A stretch of DNA of 64,000 bases from Nemertoderma westbladi (Eukaryota > Animalia > Xenacoelomorpha). The notes beneath the pieces are model-generated. The model saw nothing but the letters and a program-made list of their open reading frames with translations, had not been told where the DNA came from and ran no database searches. Shown here one piece after another: positions 22,593 to 35,902 of the stretch (positions within the stretch are counted from its first letter, which is position 1; each line of letters begins with the position of its first letter). A program made the translations under genes and the position numbers. The stretch is taken from the NCBI GenBank assembly GCA_032718475.1, contig JAUCBJ010008939.1, positions 22,061 to 86,060 of the forward strand, given 5' to 3'.

Positions 22593-24280
22593 TTTATATA
22601 TATTTTATTTCTTTAAACCAATTATTTATAGATTACATCTTACTTCTAACATTAACCTTTGATCCCAAGATTAAACTATATAGAATGCAAGTCATTATAA
22701 AAATTACTTTAATTAACTTTCAATACCTCGGAGGTTTCAATATCTTAGTTTCCAACCAAAGCCTACTCATACATTCTCATTTTTTTTTATCTACAATGAC
22801 CTTTGATCAGCGTGTGAGAACCTATTATTTGTTTAATATATATTGAAGTAGCTCCACGTGCCGTGCATTATAAGGAGTAAATTTTAACCTGGGGGTAGTT
22901 GGTGTTCTCATTTATAGGTTTTTTATACTACTTGTGTATAACCATCCCATATCTCAAAAACTCAAGCAGGTACGCAAAAATTGTAATAACAAACTCTGCA
23001 TAAATTTTGGTTGTGTACAAGACTATATTTTTTGTGGCGTTTCGATCACGGGGTCACTGAAAATAGCGGTTTTGAAAGTTTAATGTCGAATTTCACCGAT
23101 TTCAACTCTTCGAGTATGCACCAACTTTTTTATTTGGGCTATTCAGTCATTTGAGCCTCAGAATCTTTTAACATATCGCCAATCTCGCACAGAACGTCGC
23201 CAAAATTTGTTAGTCCGGCAAAAAAACGCACTAATTCGTCTAAAAGAGTAAATTATTGGTTGCAGAATAATATGATTCAACTATAAAAGCCAGCAAGCTG
23301 TCTGTAAGGAGACCGTCCATATAGACAAATGTAGTGTTAGTTGGGTCCCTCATCATTCATTATCATCAACCTATAAACCATTTAAACAGCGCAGTGCTTA
23401 CAATTCAATCAGCTGGCCTCCCACCTAACATCAGTGAGTAAACCTTATAGATATTGTCATAGGATTCACTGGCAAGAGCTATTCATCTGGTGGGGTAATA
23501 CATTATACAAACTTATAGTTGATGTTTGATTACTGTCTGGGTTAGAGTGAGATAGTAATAAATTTGGCAAGTAATATACAGTAGGCCTACTCCTCTGCAG
23601 TTTGGGCATATCCATGCAATAAATAGTAGTAGCTTACTAGGCCCACATGACTACCAGCAGCTGGTGTTTCTATCATTGAGTTGATGGCAATTATCGTGTT
23701 TTCATTTTCGCTCACTCAGGGTACTAGTTTGAGGGGCAGGTTCGTTTAATGCCAGCTTGCTGGCTTTCTAGTAAAAAGTTTGAACCGATTGGATAATCGA
23801 TTGCATAAAGGTTTATAAATAAATTATCCTCGTCAATCCTTAATACTATGTTGTACATACAGTAGAAAATATATCACATACACAATATTCGGTTACATAT
23901 AATTGCTAATGCTATACAATTTCTCATGTGGAAATTGTTCTATGTGGTACATAAGACCTTTACTATCAACGTCTATTTGATTTTTATGCTACATATTATA
24001 GTAGCCTTTTCCTTTCCAAAAGTCAGACAATACTGTTCATATGATCACATAACCTTATGGGAAAGTTAAGTCATGACACAAAGGACTGTTTTATGGTTTT
24101 ATCTCCAACTCGAAGGAAATGTCACATGGGACCTTTTCTCCCTAAGCCCTACTAGTAAGTAAATTCCGCCAGAGAATAGTAAATAGAATAGCAATAATGT
24201 AATATAAATTTAGATGAATTAATTTAAATTTAATATCTAATAAGTAATAATAATATCTAATAAGTAATTAGATATCTTAC

Positions 24281-27200
24281 CTTGCTTGAGTTTTATCCCG
24301 TACATATTGTTCTATTTCGTAGTCGCGATCATCACAGATACGTGTTGTTTCATGGAGTTGGCTTCTTAACGAGCCATTTTCGAAGGATGTTTTTTGGCAT
24401 GCCAAATGTAACTCCTTCAACAAATATGCCGCATTTTCCAAAATTATCTTATTCTTTGACATGCTTTCCCCAGTTTCTGAATGAATTCTTTTCATTCGTT
24501 CCAAACTGTCTTCTAAAAAGTATACAGAGTTTTCCAATTTGTGTGATTTTTGACGCATTTGATGATCAAGACTAGTTTGTTCTATCGTCAATTCATTACG
24601 ACCGTTAAGTCCACCAATATCGACCTCTTCGTTTCCTTGGAACTGATCAAGTTGTCTTTGTACCAGATTCTTTCGCTCTTCTAATTTCTTCAAATCGTTT
24701 AGTTTTTGTTGTAATCGTGACCCTTCGTCATTGTTAGCTTGACGTAAATTGTAATTAACACCTTCTAGTTCTATCCCTACATTCCTCTTTCTATCCAAAC
24801 GCATTTCCTGTGAGTCACGCCGTTGCATTAAGATGTTATTTTGTTGCGCTAGTTCATCTTTAATAATCAGTTTATTGGCTATCTCCTGTTCTTCTCTCAA
24901 ATTTTCTTCAATAAGTTTCGCTAATTTTTCTTCTTCCTTCAATTTTTCTTCTCTATACATATCCATAGTGAGGCTGAACTTTTCATTATCAACAGATAAT
25001 TTATCAAGTATGTCTTTAAATTCGTTGCTTTTTTGTTGTAACTCTTCTAGGAATGATTCTTCATACTTTATTTTACCAAACAATCTGTTGTTATCGTTCT
25101 GCAACTGGTAACCAACTCGTCTTTTAACTTCTAATTCGTTTCCCTCCTCTATGTTGCTTCTTTCTAAGTTCACCTTGCATTTTTCCAGATTAGAAATCTC
25201 ATCTTTCTGCATTTCTAATTCCATTTCAAGAGCTAAAAGTTTTTCAGAAAGTTCCTGAAATTGTATTTGCAGAGCTGTTTCTTCCGGACCATCCTGTGAA
25301 CGAATAGATCAAAAATTAACACAAAAAATGCGAATGTATCCTATTCATTCATACCTTGTAATCCCAAGGTATGATTATGATGTGCAGTCAAGGACTACTC
25401 TACTAAAAAGCAAGAGTAGTCCTTGTGTACGGTAGTTATGCCAGTCTGTGGAAATATTTCATGTTTTTTTTACAAATCATGTGTAACGGTGGACACATTG
25501 GTTGTAAAAAGTATAATTCATCATTGATGGAAAAAGTTGAAATTAAGGTAATGAATGAAGTTATCTTACCTGACCTACATCTGTCTCACGAACAACGTCC
25601 ACGATATTATGTGTATCTTTATTTAATGCCAAATCGCATGAACGTTTTTTCTTTTCCAAATCGCTTGGAGATTTTTCCATTGATAAATTGCTTGAACGTT
25701 TTTCCATTGACACATCGCTTGAGAGCCGTTTCATAGCGTTACTATTGTCTGCGCCACTGATAGAGGTGAATGCAGTTGCATCATCATTGGGAATAATATA
25801 TTGTTCGGAAATAAAGGAACATGAAGAACAACCACTGTTCACATTCCGTTTCGATTCTTTTATTAGATGATCTGTAAGTGCATCTTGCGTTTCTGTTGTC
25901 AATGAAGGGCTTGTCAATGCATCCTTCGTTTCTGTTACCAAGGAAGAGCTTGTCAACGCATCCTTCGTTTCTGTTACCAAGGAAGAGCTTGTCAACGCAT
26001 CCTTCGTTTCTGTTAGCAATGAAGAGCTTGTCAACGCATCCTTCGTTTCTGTTACCAAGGAAGAGCTTGTCAACGCATCCTTCGTTTCTGTTAGCAATGA
26101 AGAGCTTGTCAACGCATCCTTCGTTTCTGTTAGCAAGGGAGAGCTTGTCAACGCATCCTTCATTTCTGTTATTAATGAAGAGCTTGTCATCGCATCTTTC
26201 ATTTCATTTATCGTGGAAGAGCTAGTCAATACCTCATTCGTATCTGTTAGCAAAGGAGAGATTTTCAGGACATCTTTCGTTTCTGTTATCATGGACGAGC
26301 TTGTTAACGCATCTTTTGTTTCTATTAGCAATGAAGAGCTTGTCAAAGCATCTTTCGTTTCTGTTATCATGGACGAGCTTGTTAACGCATCTTTCGTTTC
26401 TATTAACAATGAAGAGCTTGTCAAAGCATCTTTCGTTTCTGTTATCAATGAAGAGCTTGTCAACGCATCCTTCGTTTCTGTTATTAATGAAGAGCTTGTC
26501 ATCGCATCTTTCATTTCATTTATCGTGGAAGAGCTAGTCAATACCTCATTCGTATCTGTTAGCAAAGGAGAGCTTTTCAGGACATCTTTTGTTTCTGCTA
26601 TCATGGACGAGCTTGTTAACGCATCTTTCGTTTCTATTAGCAATGGAGAGCGTGTCAAAGCATCTTTTGTTTCCGTTACCAATGTAGAGCTTGTCAATGC
26701 ATCTTTTGTTTCTGTTATCAATGAAGAGCTTGTCACCGCATTTTTCGTAACAATCTTTACGGGTGCAACACAATCATTGTTAAGGGCTATGTCAGTGTTC
26801 GTTGTGTTCACATATGCCTTAGAAGGACGAAATTCCTTCTTCTCCAATGCAATTCCATCGATATATGCTCGGGCTTTGAGACTAGGTGCTAGATCCTGAC
26901 CAGACGTTGTTTCAGAGTATGACCTTAAAGAAGTCTCGAAGTTAATTACATGGGCCTTGATATCGTCAATATCAGTTTTGATAGTTTCTATCTTGTGATC
27001 CGTTAATTTAGCAGCCTGAATATAAAATGAAAATTAGATCACCAAAACATGTCCATAATTGGTAATGATAACGTCAAGTAGTAGCACACAGTAGCACTCA
27101 GGACACATTTTATAATGCACGAAATTATATTCCTAAATTGAAAACATCTGCTTTACGACTGTTACTAATTAACTGCACGCTTGTGCATCTCTAAACATGT

Positions 27201-30200
27201 AGTGAATTTGTTTCCCCTATATCCTATCTATATTAAATAATTCATATTTAAAAAAAATAATAATAATTTATTACCATTAATATTTAAAACGTGCTACTTG
27301 TTCTTCAAATGAAGAAATAATCCCACAAATTAATTTATTTGTGATATTGTGTTTGTCGTGGTGTATTCGTGTATATTCTAAAATAATTAATCCCATTATA
27401 AGGTTATGGAAATTCAGGACACCAAGCCTAAATTTTGATATAGGCCTACTGTTTATTTGTTTGTAAGACAACGAAATATGTAAAATATTCAAATTCTTAA
27501 CAAACTATATATGACCAAATATGTGACCAAAGAGCCAGAACAACACTCACCAAAAAATGTGGTTTCGAGAAAAATGCAAAAAACCTTCTCATTTCCCTCT
27601 ATATGGATCCCGTCTCCTAATTTTTTCGAGAGGTCTGGGAAGATACAATGACACATTTTATAATAGTGGCTAGCATTCAGAATACATTTTGTTAATGAAA
27701 AAAACTGTTTTTTTCGTTATTTTCCAAAGAGACAAAACAACACATACTGAAATTTAACATTAACTCTAGTCTGTGTGAGTTGTTTTACCTCTAGGATTTT
27801 ATCACAGAAACATAAGAACTCACGTCATTCCTCGACTATTGAATGGTGTTTTTCCTGGCAAAGTATCGTAGAGAAAAGTGTGGTATGTGTTGTTTTACCT
27901 CTAACGGTTTTCAACTTTTATGTTGTGAGGGTTGTTCTGGTTTTCCATATCTCCTAAACGGACTGACATACAAGTCTAGGATTTTAACATAAGATGTAGA
28001 ACGCCATCTTGCGTAATTTTGGTGAAAACATTTTTTTTTTTTAAATTGTGGTATGTGTTGTTCTGGCTCTATGGTCACGATATTTGCCCTCCGACATATT
28101 CTATTTTCAATCCGAGCAATTCCAAAAATTTAACACATTTTTTACCCAAAACAACTTTTTTGTTATTTTTACGTTATTGGGATTATATTACAGGCGATGT
28201 CTTATAATGTTTCTATGTTGTACGTATTATTTATAGGTATTAGACTTAGACTACGAAGTATTGTAGGCCTACTGTTGAACACAACCAAGGCAAGGGGTAA
28301 ATGAAATTGGTACTGACCTCCAATTTGCGCTCTTCTTCCAATATTGATACTTTCTCTTTAATAATTTTCTGAATAACTTGGTGTATAGAAATGATCTCCT
28401 GGCTCAAATGAACGATTTCTCTCTCCTTTAACTTAACACATTTGGTCAATCGCTCCACCGCTTGACTTTCTTTCTTTAAAAAAAATAATTGAAATTAATT
28501 ACCCTACACAACAAACAACCCTAGGGTTTGGTAAAGACTTCCCACTAGTGCAAGTTCATACCACCAAAATAATATTGGATTATAAAGTATAAGAAAGGCA
28601 TAGTGGAATGGCGTTTCACCTTTCAATATTTACGAAGGACAGTGGGGTATCGCATCATTGCACACGTGAATGTGAGACATATGGAGATATGCCTCCCTAC
28701 TTTACTCACTCCCTCCATTCTTCCATAGTGGGAAATTTACACTATACGGGTGGGATATGATAATAATATTAAATATTAATAAACTATAATATATTGAATT
28801 TATTCTAAATGGCCGCAAATTATACAACAGTTTTATGCAAACATGGTTGCCTACCTGCACCAGGTGTGATGCTGTTTGTGCTGATTGTGAGGTTACACGT
28901 TTTTCAGAAACTTTCAGTAACTTTTCAGGTTTTCCTTGGTGACGTCGCTTCGCACTGGTGGTGCTGGTAAGAGATTCGTGTTTATGAGTGTAGACTTGAC
29001 TAGATTGATCCGCGCGCGGTACCTAGAAGGAAAAAATGCATTAAACATAAACCTATGGGTAAACCTAGCCTACAGGTACCAACACTACTAGCTTCCTGTT
29101 TAAGAGTAGAGTTCTAGTTTTTTAGTTTTGCAATTGAAATAATATAACATTTACTCAACCTGTGGGTCTGTTAATGATTCGTCCTTAGTTCGCCTCCGCT
29201 GACCGCCCCGTTTCTGTTTGGGTTCGTCAGCAACCTGCTGGCGACGTTCGGTTTGTTCTTCTCTCCCATCCCGGACTTCATCTTCCTGCCTGTTAATTTT
29301 GTAGGTGCTTTCCTTTTTGGTCTTAATACTATTATTTGTTGATCCCCCTTTAGGTATAATAGTTGCACTGCCCGAGAGAATTGGCTTCCATGTTCCTCTT
29401 CTAGGTGAATTCTTTCTACCTGATGAATTACTTTCTCGTCGAGAGAGGATGTCTCTATCCCTTTCGGACGATTTATCAATTGTACTATTTGTTGTGGACC
29501 CCTCCTTCGGTATAGCAGTTCTAATACCATATGTAAGAGACTTTCTACTACCCTTTTCACGAGAATGTATTCCATCCAAAGAATCACTTTTTACTTTGGA
29601 TGGTTCGTCTATATCTCTTAACCCCTTTCTGGAGGATTTATTTCTTGAAGCACTTTCTGTAAAGGATACGCTGATCCCACTTGTGGGTATGCGACTTCGT
29701 TTAGATATCGAGATTTCCGATCCATTCTCGATTCTACTTTTATTATGTTTCTCATTGATCTCTAATATGTCGTCAGAAACTATTTTCTATGAAGTAAAAC
29801 AAGTTGGAATAACCTACCAGGGTCAATAATGCCTGTTCTGGTGTAAATTAAGAGTGAATATATCTCACCCTGATTTTATATTATTCTTTGTAAACACGAT
29901 ATATCTTACCCTCTCTATACAACCAGTGGTTGATTAAACAATGTGTATTAATTATCAAATACCGCTAAATGCATAAAAAATAAAAGGTACCGTTACCGTA
30001 GTACCAACTAAATTATTGGGCTTACATACTCAGAAAATATTCAATTGGGAGACGGCACTCAATGAATGGAAAATACCTCGGGGTATATAGGCACTACTCC
30101 TCTGACCTATTAAATAACATGCGGTATTGTCTTTCTAGTTTGTTTAATGGCTAATTTATAGTAATTAAATGGTCTTGCCGTAACGATATATTTAACTTAC

Positions 30201-30243
30201 TTTGGAGAGACTCTTTGCAGTTGATCCTGATCGACTGTTTTTC
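24281..30243 (-). CDS. Multi-exon host gene for an unknown low-complexity/coiled-coil protein (partial model; exons ~30201-30243, 29160-29786, 28855-29022, 28318-28473, 25570-27015, 24281-25293)
   Basis: Each segment is an open frame bounded by AG/GT, and the splice phases join in frame. The last visible exon is heptad-rich. Start and terminal exons are not resolved. Confidence 0.7.
25876..26740 (-). repeat. 42-bp coding minisatellite (14-aa unit ~TSSSLITETKDAL), ~20 copies
   Basis: GAAGAGCTTGTCAACGCATCCTTCGTTTCTGTT recurs every 42 bp inside exon 25570-27015. Confidence 0.9.
27523..28078. mobile_element. MITE-like element with ~24-bp TIRs; related partial copy at 32033-32352 and 33009-33170
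   Basis: GTGACCAAAGAGCCAGAACAACAC at the left end and its reverse complement (1 mismatch) at 28055-28078. The internal sequence recurs almost identically 4.5 kb away. Confidence 0.6.
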
Positions 30244-30398
30244 CTAATGAACAAACACGAACGATTAATTTACTGTTGAAGATACACACACTAAACGGTT
30301 GCGCATTAAAAACTGATATTTATATTCGGTGAGATCGCATGTGCTTAATTTTGAAAGACACGTAACCCAATCTAAACTTCAGCTTTTGGGATACGAAC

Positions 30399-30926
30399 AC
30401 ATACACAGAAGGCCTAGATAGGTACTGATACAGTGTAGCTATACATACACAGTAGGCCTAGATAGGTACTGATACAGTGTAGCTATACATACACAGAAGG
30501 CCTAGATAGGTACTGATACAGTGTAGCTATACATACACAGAAGGCCTAGATAGGTACTGATACAGTGTAGCTATACATACACAGTAGGCCTAGATAGGTA
30601 CTGATACAGTGTAGCTATACATACACAGAAGGCCTAGATAGGTACTGATACAGTGTAGCTATACATACACAGAAGGCCTAGATAGGTACTGATACAGTGT
30701 AGCTATACATACACAGTAGGCCTAGATAGGTACTGATACAGTGTAGCTATACATACACAGTAGGCCTAGATAGGTACTGATACAGTGTAGCTATACATAC
30801 ACAGTAGGCCTAGATAGGTACTGATACAGTGTAGCTATACATACACAGTAGGCCTAGATAGGTACTGATACAGTGTAGCTATACATACACAGTAGGCCTA
30901 GATAGGTACTGATACAGTGTAGCTAT
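30399..30926. repeat. 44-bp minisatellite, 12 copies
   Basis: ACATACACAG(A/T)AGGCCTAGATAGGTACTGATACAGTGTAGCTAT, with a single variable position. Confidence 0.97.
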
Positions 30927-33633
30927 ATTTGTTCACAAGTGCCAAATCTAACCAATAAACAACAAAAACTGGATCCGTACATTCCTACCTTCATGTCGGT
31001 AATTAGCATGCACAATAAGTTGTTACATTATTCATTGAAAAATATAGTAACATAGATAATTATACCAGAGTAATATTACATTTATTTAAGAAAAATACAA
31101 ATTTTAATTTTACAGGGTGTATGTACTAGGCTACTAGCTATATTTTTTTAATGAAGCTACTACTGTATTATTCGCTAGCTCTATCGGACACCCTAGCTAG
31201 ACATACCTTTCTGGTGTAGACCCAGATCCCGCTGCATCGCTACTTGTTCTATCGACTACAAGCGACTTGGAATGACTGAAATATTCGCGGTCGTCAGCAA
31301 CTTGCTTTGCCGATGAACAGTTGGTATCACTCATAATGACACATCACACACATTACACATGAATACGGTAATTTCAACCATTACCGTATTGTTCCATTAT
31401 TGTTATATGGTAATAAATTAATATATAAACTTATGGTTAATTTACAATTAATAATGATAAAGTAGTATCCATGGTTATTAACACGAAATAAATTGCCAAT
31501 ACTGTGCTTTTGATTATTTAAAGTCAAATGACCATTATTTAGTCGAGTGACAGTCAATCTAGCAAAAAAAAGATATTCGAAATCAAATCAACCAAAACCT
31601 AGATTAAATTTTATGCGAACATATGAATGACCTATTTCAATACTACAATAAGTATTGAACAATAACTGCTAAATTTTGATTAGGGAGCTATTTGTTTGCT
31701 TTACTTATAACAAGTTGCTAGTTAACTACTTAAATACAAAAATTTTCTATTGTTAGTGATGTACTGTAGCTACCTCTGTATACAAATAACAGCACAATGA
31801 TTACCAGTAATGCTAATAATGATATTCCAAATTCTATTTGGCGTATTTCCTCCGTATTACAACAAATATTTTTTGAAAAAACTATAAAGAAAAGAGGGGG
31901 GTTGTATATTTTTTGTTCTAGAATACTTATTGTATTGAGGAAAAATAGTCAATTGTTTTATTCATTATTTTCTGGAAAATGCTAATTTGTTGACATTGTA
32001 ACAAAAAAGTGCTATATTTGAAGATATTTTATATATCGTGACCAAAGAGCCAGAACAACACTCACCAAAAAATGTGGTTTCGAGAAAAATGCAAAAACCT
32101 TCTCATTTCCCTCTATATGGATCCCGTCTCCTAATTTTTTCGAGAGGTCTGGGAAGATACAATGACACATTTTATAATAGTGGCTAGCATTCAGAATAAA
32201 TTTTGTTATTGTCCAAAGAGACAAAACAACACATACTGAAATTTAACATTAACTCTAGTCTGTGTGTGTTGTTTTACCTCTAGGATTTTATCACAGAAAC
32301 ATAACAACTCACGTCATTCTTCGACTATTGAATGGTGTTTTTCCTGGTAAAGCATGATAGATATTTAAATGTAGCGAACGGACTTACGCACATTACATTT
32401 CCATGCTGCTCTATTGGATATTTTTCGCCCCTTGCCAGGCTTCCTCATATGTTTCCCTATGACGTCATTGCTATACCTAGATAAATTTGGACTAGGATCA
32501 TCCTCATCGTCACTATAACTAGTCGATGGAATATAATTTAACTCTGTAAACTCCTAAACTCTAAAGTCATCAACATACTCCATTTGTACATCGGCATCAC
32601 CTGCGCTGGTGAATTCTCAATTGAGCACATGTGATTTAAATGGTAATTTCTATAAATAGCCCTACTCCGATAATAACTCATTTGAAAGCAAGTAATTATA
32701 TTAATTTAGATTTGATTCAATACTAACATTATTTAAAAATCAAATAGATTATGACAAAAGTATCATTTTCGTTGACTTATTTTTTGGCCGTAAAGGTTCA
32801 TCATCAGATCCTATAAACGACATTACTGTACCGGTAATCTAAATTACCATTTAAATCGCATCAGGTAGTGTGGAATAGTTCATATTAATCAAATTTGCCG
32901 CTAATTTAAATACATATTCCAGAAAAATTGGCTTCTTTTGATTCGTTTACAATATACATGAGTTGCCATACTTTGCATTGTGTGGTGTGGGTTGTTTTGC
33001 TTCGAATAAGTGTGGTATGTGTTGTTTTACCTCTAACAGTTTTCAACTTATATGTTGTGAGGGTTGTTCTGGTTTTCCGTATCTCCTAAACGGACTGACA
33101 TACAAGTCTAGGATTTTAACATAAGATATAGAACGCCATCTTGAGTAATTTTGGTGAAATTTTTTTTTTAATTTCACGCCTGAGGCGTAGCTATAGGGGG
33201 GGTTACTTGCCCCTGGGCGCCAACAGAAAGGGGCGCCAAAATGGTTTTTTGAGGTGGCAAAAAGTAACATTTTTTGTCTTGCTTTCTTATTACATTTTTT
33301 GTCTTGCTAAGCCTACTTTTTTTTGCCACCACTTAAATAGTTATTTCGTATCACTGTCCTATTCAATTTAATACTATAAAAAACATTATATTAAATAAAC
33401 CTGCCAACTTTCGCAACTATAATATTTGCACTCAAACAGAAAGTTAGTTTGGTCAATTGAAAATAGCCACTAAACGTGCTTCTTTACAATGCATTTACAT
33501 ATCGAATAGCTAAATTTTTAGGCTTTTATTAAAATAAATGTTGGAAAAAGTAAATAATGCGGGGCGTAGTAATGCGGAGTTTATAATTTACAAAGCAATA
33601 TGTACTAAATCTATAAATTGAAAAAACATCAAA

Positions 33634-34551
33634 CTATTTGGTACTGAATGTTCGTAAGGTTCCCTTTATGTCCTCGATCTCGGCTATCTTAGCTTCCTCC
33701 TCTTGGATAACAAAATCCATTTCATCTGGGAATATCTGTCCGGATTTAATCGCAGTGGCGACCAAGACCTTCCGTCTGCGTATCTCATCCAAATCGCCCC
33801 CCAAAGACTGCAAACTCCTACTAATATCCCCTAGTTCCTGATCCCTCACACTCTCAACATCTTTATCCTCATCGCTTTCAACCTCTTCACTACCATCGCT
33901 ACTACTTATATTCCCAAATAGTTTCTCCAGCGCCTGTTCCACCCCATCGTCCACCTTCCTGGCCTCCTCCTCCTCTTCTCTTCCCGTCACAGTGGGCTCC
34001 TCCTCTGCCACAACCTCCCAGCGGACAGCTACCGCGTCCAGATCCGACCGCAACAATCGCTTAACTTCCTTCTCGATATCCGGTGACTCGATAAACTTTC
34101 TCCGTCGCGTCTTTCGGAACCGGCGTCTACGCGCGTTCTTTAACGGCGGGGTTATCCCGTGGGGCCATTGGAACTTTTTATCTTCGTCTTTACTCGGGGA
34201 GTTGGGTTTACTTTCCGTGCGTTCCATTTCCTTCTCCTCGCGGATTCGCCATCCTTCCTCGTCGTAACACACCAACATCTGGGCGATGTCGGCGCACTTG
34301 TACAACTGCTTTTTGTCGAGAGTTTTCAACGTTTCCACGATGCAGGGTAGGTCGACTAGCCGCGCCGTGAACGGGACTTCATCCAGGTAGACCGTGCCGT
34401 GGCGTTGGTCTCCCTCCAGTTGTATGAACAGTCGGTCCTTTAGGTTGGGTATCGGGCAGCTCAGGATTTCTCTGAGTTTTTTCGCTGGTTCGTCCGGAAG
34501 ATTGAGTAGGAAATGGTTCTCCAAATCGATTGGTTCGTCATCTCTCGACAT
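33634..34551 (-). CDS. TAF7: Transcription initiation factor TFIID subunit 7 (single coding exon)
   Basis: TAFII55_N motifs LENHFLL, LVDLPCIVETLKT.DKK.LYKCADIAQML and HGITPPLKNARRRRFRK, then SPDIEKEVKRLL and an acidic/coiled C-terminus. Confidence 0.95.
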   Translation of the reverse strand: MSRDDEPIDLENHFLLNLPDEPAKKLREILSCPIPNLKDRLFIQLEGDQRHGTVYLDEVPFTARLVDLPCIVETLKTLDKKQLYKCADIAQMLVCYDEEGWRIREEKEMERTESKPNSPSKDEDKKFQWPHGITPPLKNARRRRFRKTRRRKFIESPDIEKEVKRLLRSDLDAVAVRWEVVAEEEPTVTGREEEEEARKVDDGVEQALEKLFGNISSSDGSEEVESDEDKDVESVRDQELGDISRSLQSLGGDLDEIRRRKVLVATAIKSGQIFPDEMDFVIQEEEAKIAEIEDIKGTLRTFSTK

Positions 34552-35297
34552 AATTCAGTCGTTTTGGGAATTGTGATACCAATTATTAATAAATAAACTC
34601 TAAAGTATTAGGCCTACGCTGTTAGGTCTGTAGGTAGCAGGTAGGGCCTATTTTTTATTAATCAGTTAATAGTGCCTAAGTCATGACAGCATGACCTAGG
34701 CCTACTAAAGATAGATAAATATTTAGTAGGTCATACCAAAGTCTAAAATAATTATTGTTTACGCCTTTTATTTTGCGTCGTCGAGCGTCGACCAACAATA
34801 ATTACAGAATTAATTAATTCTGCATTCGGCATTACAGCATTAGGCCTATTCCAGTATTCAGTTTAATCAGTTATTGCATATTGTCATATTGGCATGCTGC
34901 TGCTGCCCTGATTCCCACCCAATCCTAAACCTGTAAACTGTTCTAAAATTATTGTATAGCAGGAACAGGAACAACTCGAACTCCGTACTCACTGTAGCAC
35001 ACAGCACGGCACACGCACAACCAGCAGACCAGTCTGCCAGTAGGGGAAACGAAAGTTTTATTTACCGGTAAGAATTGAAATGTCTGAAACATTGTACGAA
35101 TTTATATTTAATAGTTAGTATTAATAATTAATAAATAAATATCATTATTATATATTAAACTTTAAAATAAATATTAAATAGAGTTGTAGGGTGTAGTGAG
35201 AACAGATGATTGAACCGAATTGGTTTTTTCTTCAATACTTCCTTATATTGGGTCTGTTAACTGCAACTGTACTTGAATGTTTTATTACATTGTTCAC

Positions 35298-35902
35298 CTC
35301 CTCGTGAATGGATATGATATCTTGACTTAACTGGACAATTTCTTTTTCTTTCTCTATAACAGTTTTATTTAAACGTTGCAGCTCGTTTACACCCCGCTGT
35401 AAAGGAAAAATGAAGAATGTTTTGGTAGGTTATTTTGGGATACGGAGATAATTGATACAATCAATGTATATTGTAAAATGAATACCTGTACCTTGTTACA
35501 ATTGTTGTCTTGTTATTATTTCCGTTGGATACTAATTTAATGTAAGTAGAACTGACATTTCGGTAACGATAAATAAATGTGCTTTATTTTATTAATTTAT
35601 CGTTACCGAAAGGTCAGGTTCTAATAATTGTATGAACGAAACTCCCACCATTTATTCATAAAAGCCTTATGACTTACAGGTGATAATGAACGTGACGCAA
35701 AGCCACTTCCGCCCAGTTGCACGAACTTTTGGCTGCATATTAGTTTGAGGGACCCAGATGACCGTTTACCATCTGGGACACTATGCCTCTCCAGGGACAA
35801 TACCCGATGACATGGAACACGCGGTTGAACCCTTGGGAAGGGAGATTTATATCGTGATGTCCGACTTTCCATGTATGGCATACTCGTGTAGCATTTATAT
35901 AT
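35298..35902 (-). CDS. Putative exons (35678-35902, 35298-35396) related to the 24-30 kb gene
   Basis: AG/GT bounded and phase 0. The 99-bp exon RGVNELQRLNKTVIEKEKEIVQLSQDIISIHEE aligns with KESQAVERLTKCVKLKEREIVHLSQEIISIHQV starting at 28473. Confidence 0.55.

Noticed and set aside
22860-23250. Candidate terminus of the PolB/Rep cassette
   Set aside because: It looks repeat-like, but no matching TIR or TSD is visible within the window, so no boundary is claimed.
26213-26899. Plus-strand 228-aa ORF and other antisense ORFs over long CDSs (e.g. 57343-57999, 29305-29829)
   Set aside because: Shadow frames of minus-strand coding sequence or repeats.
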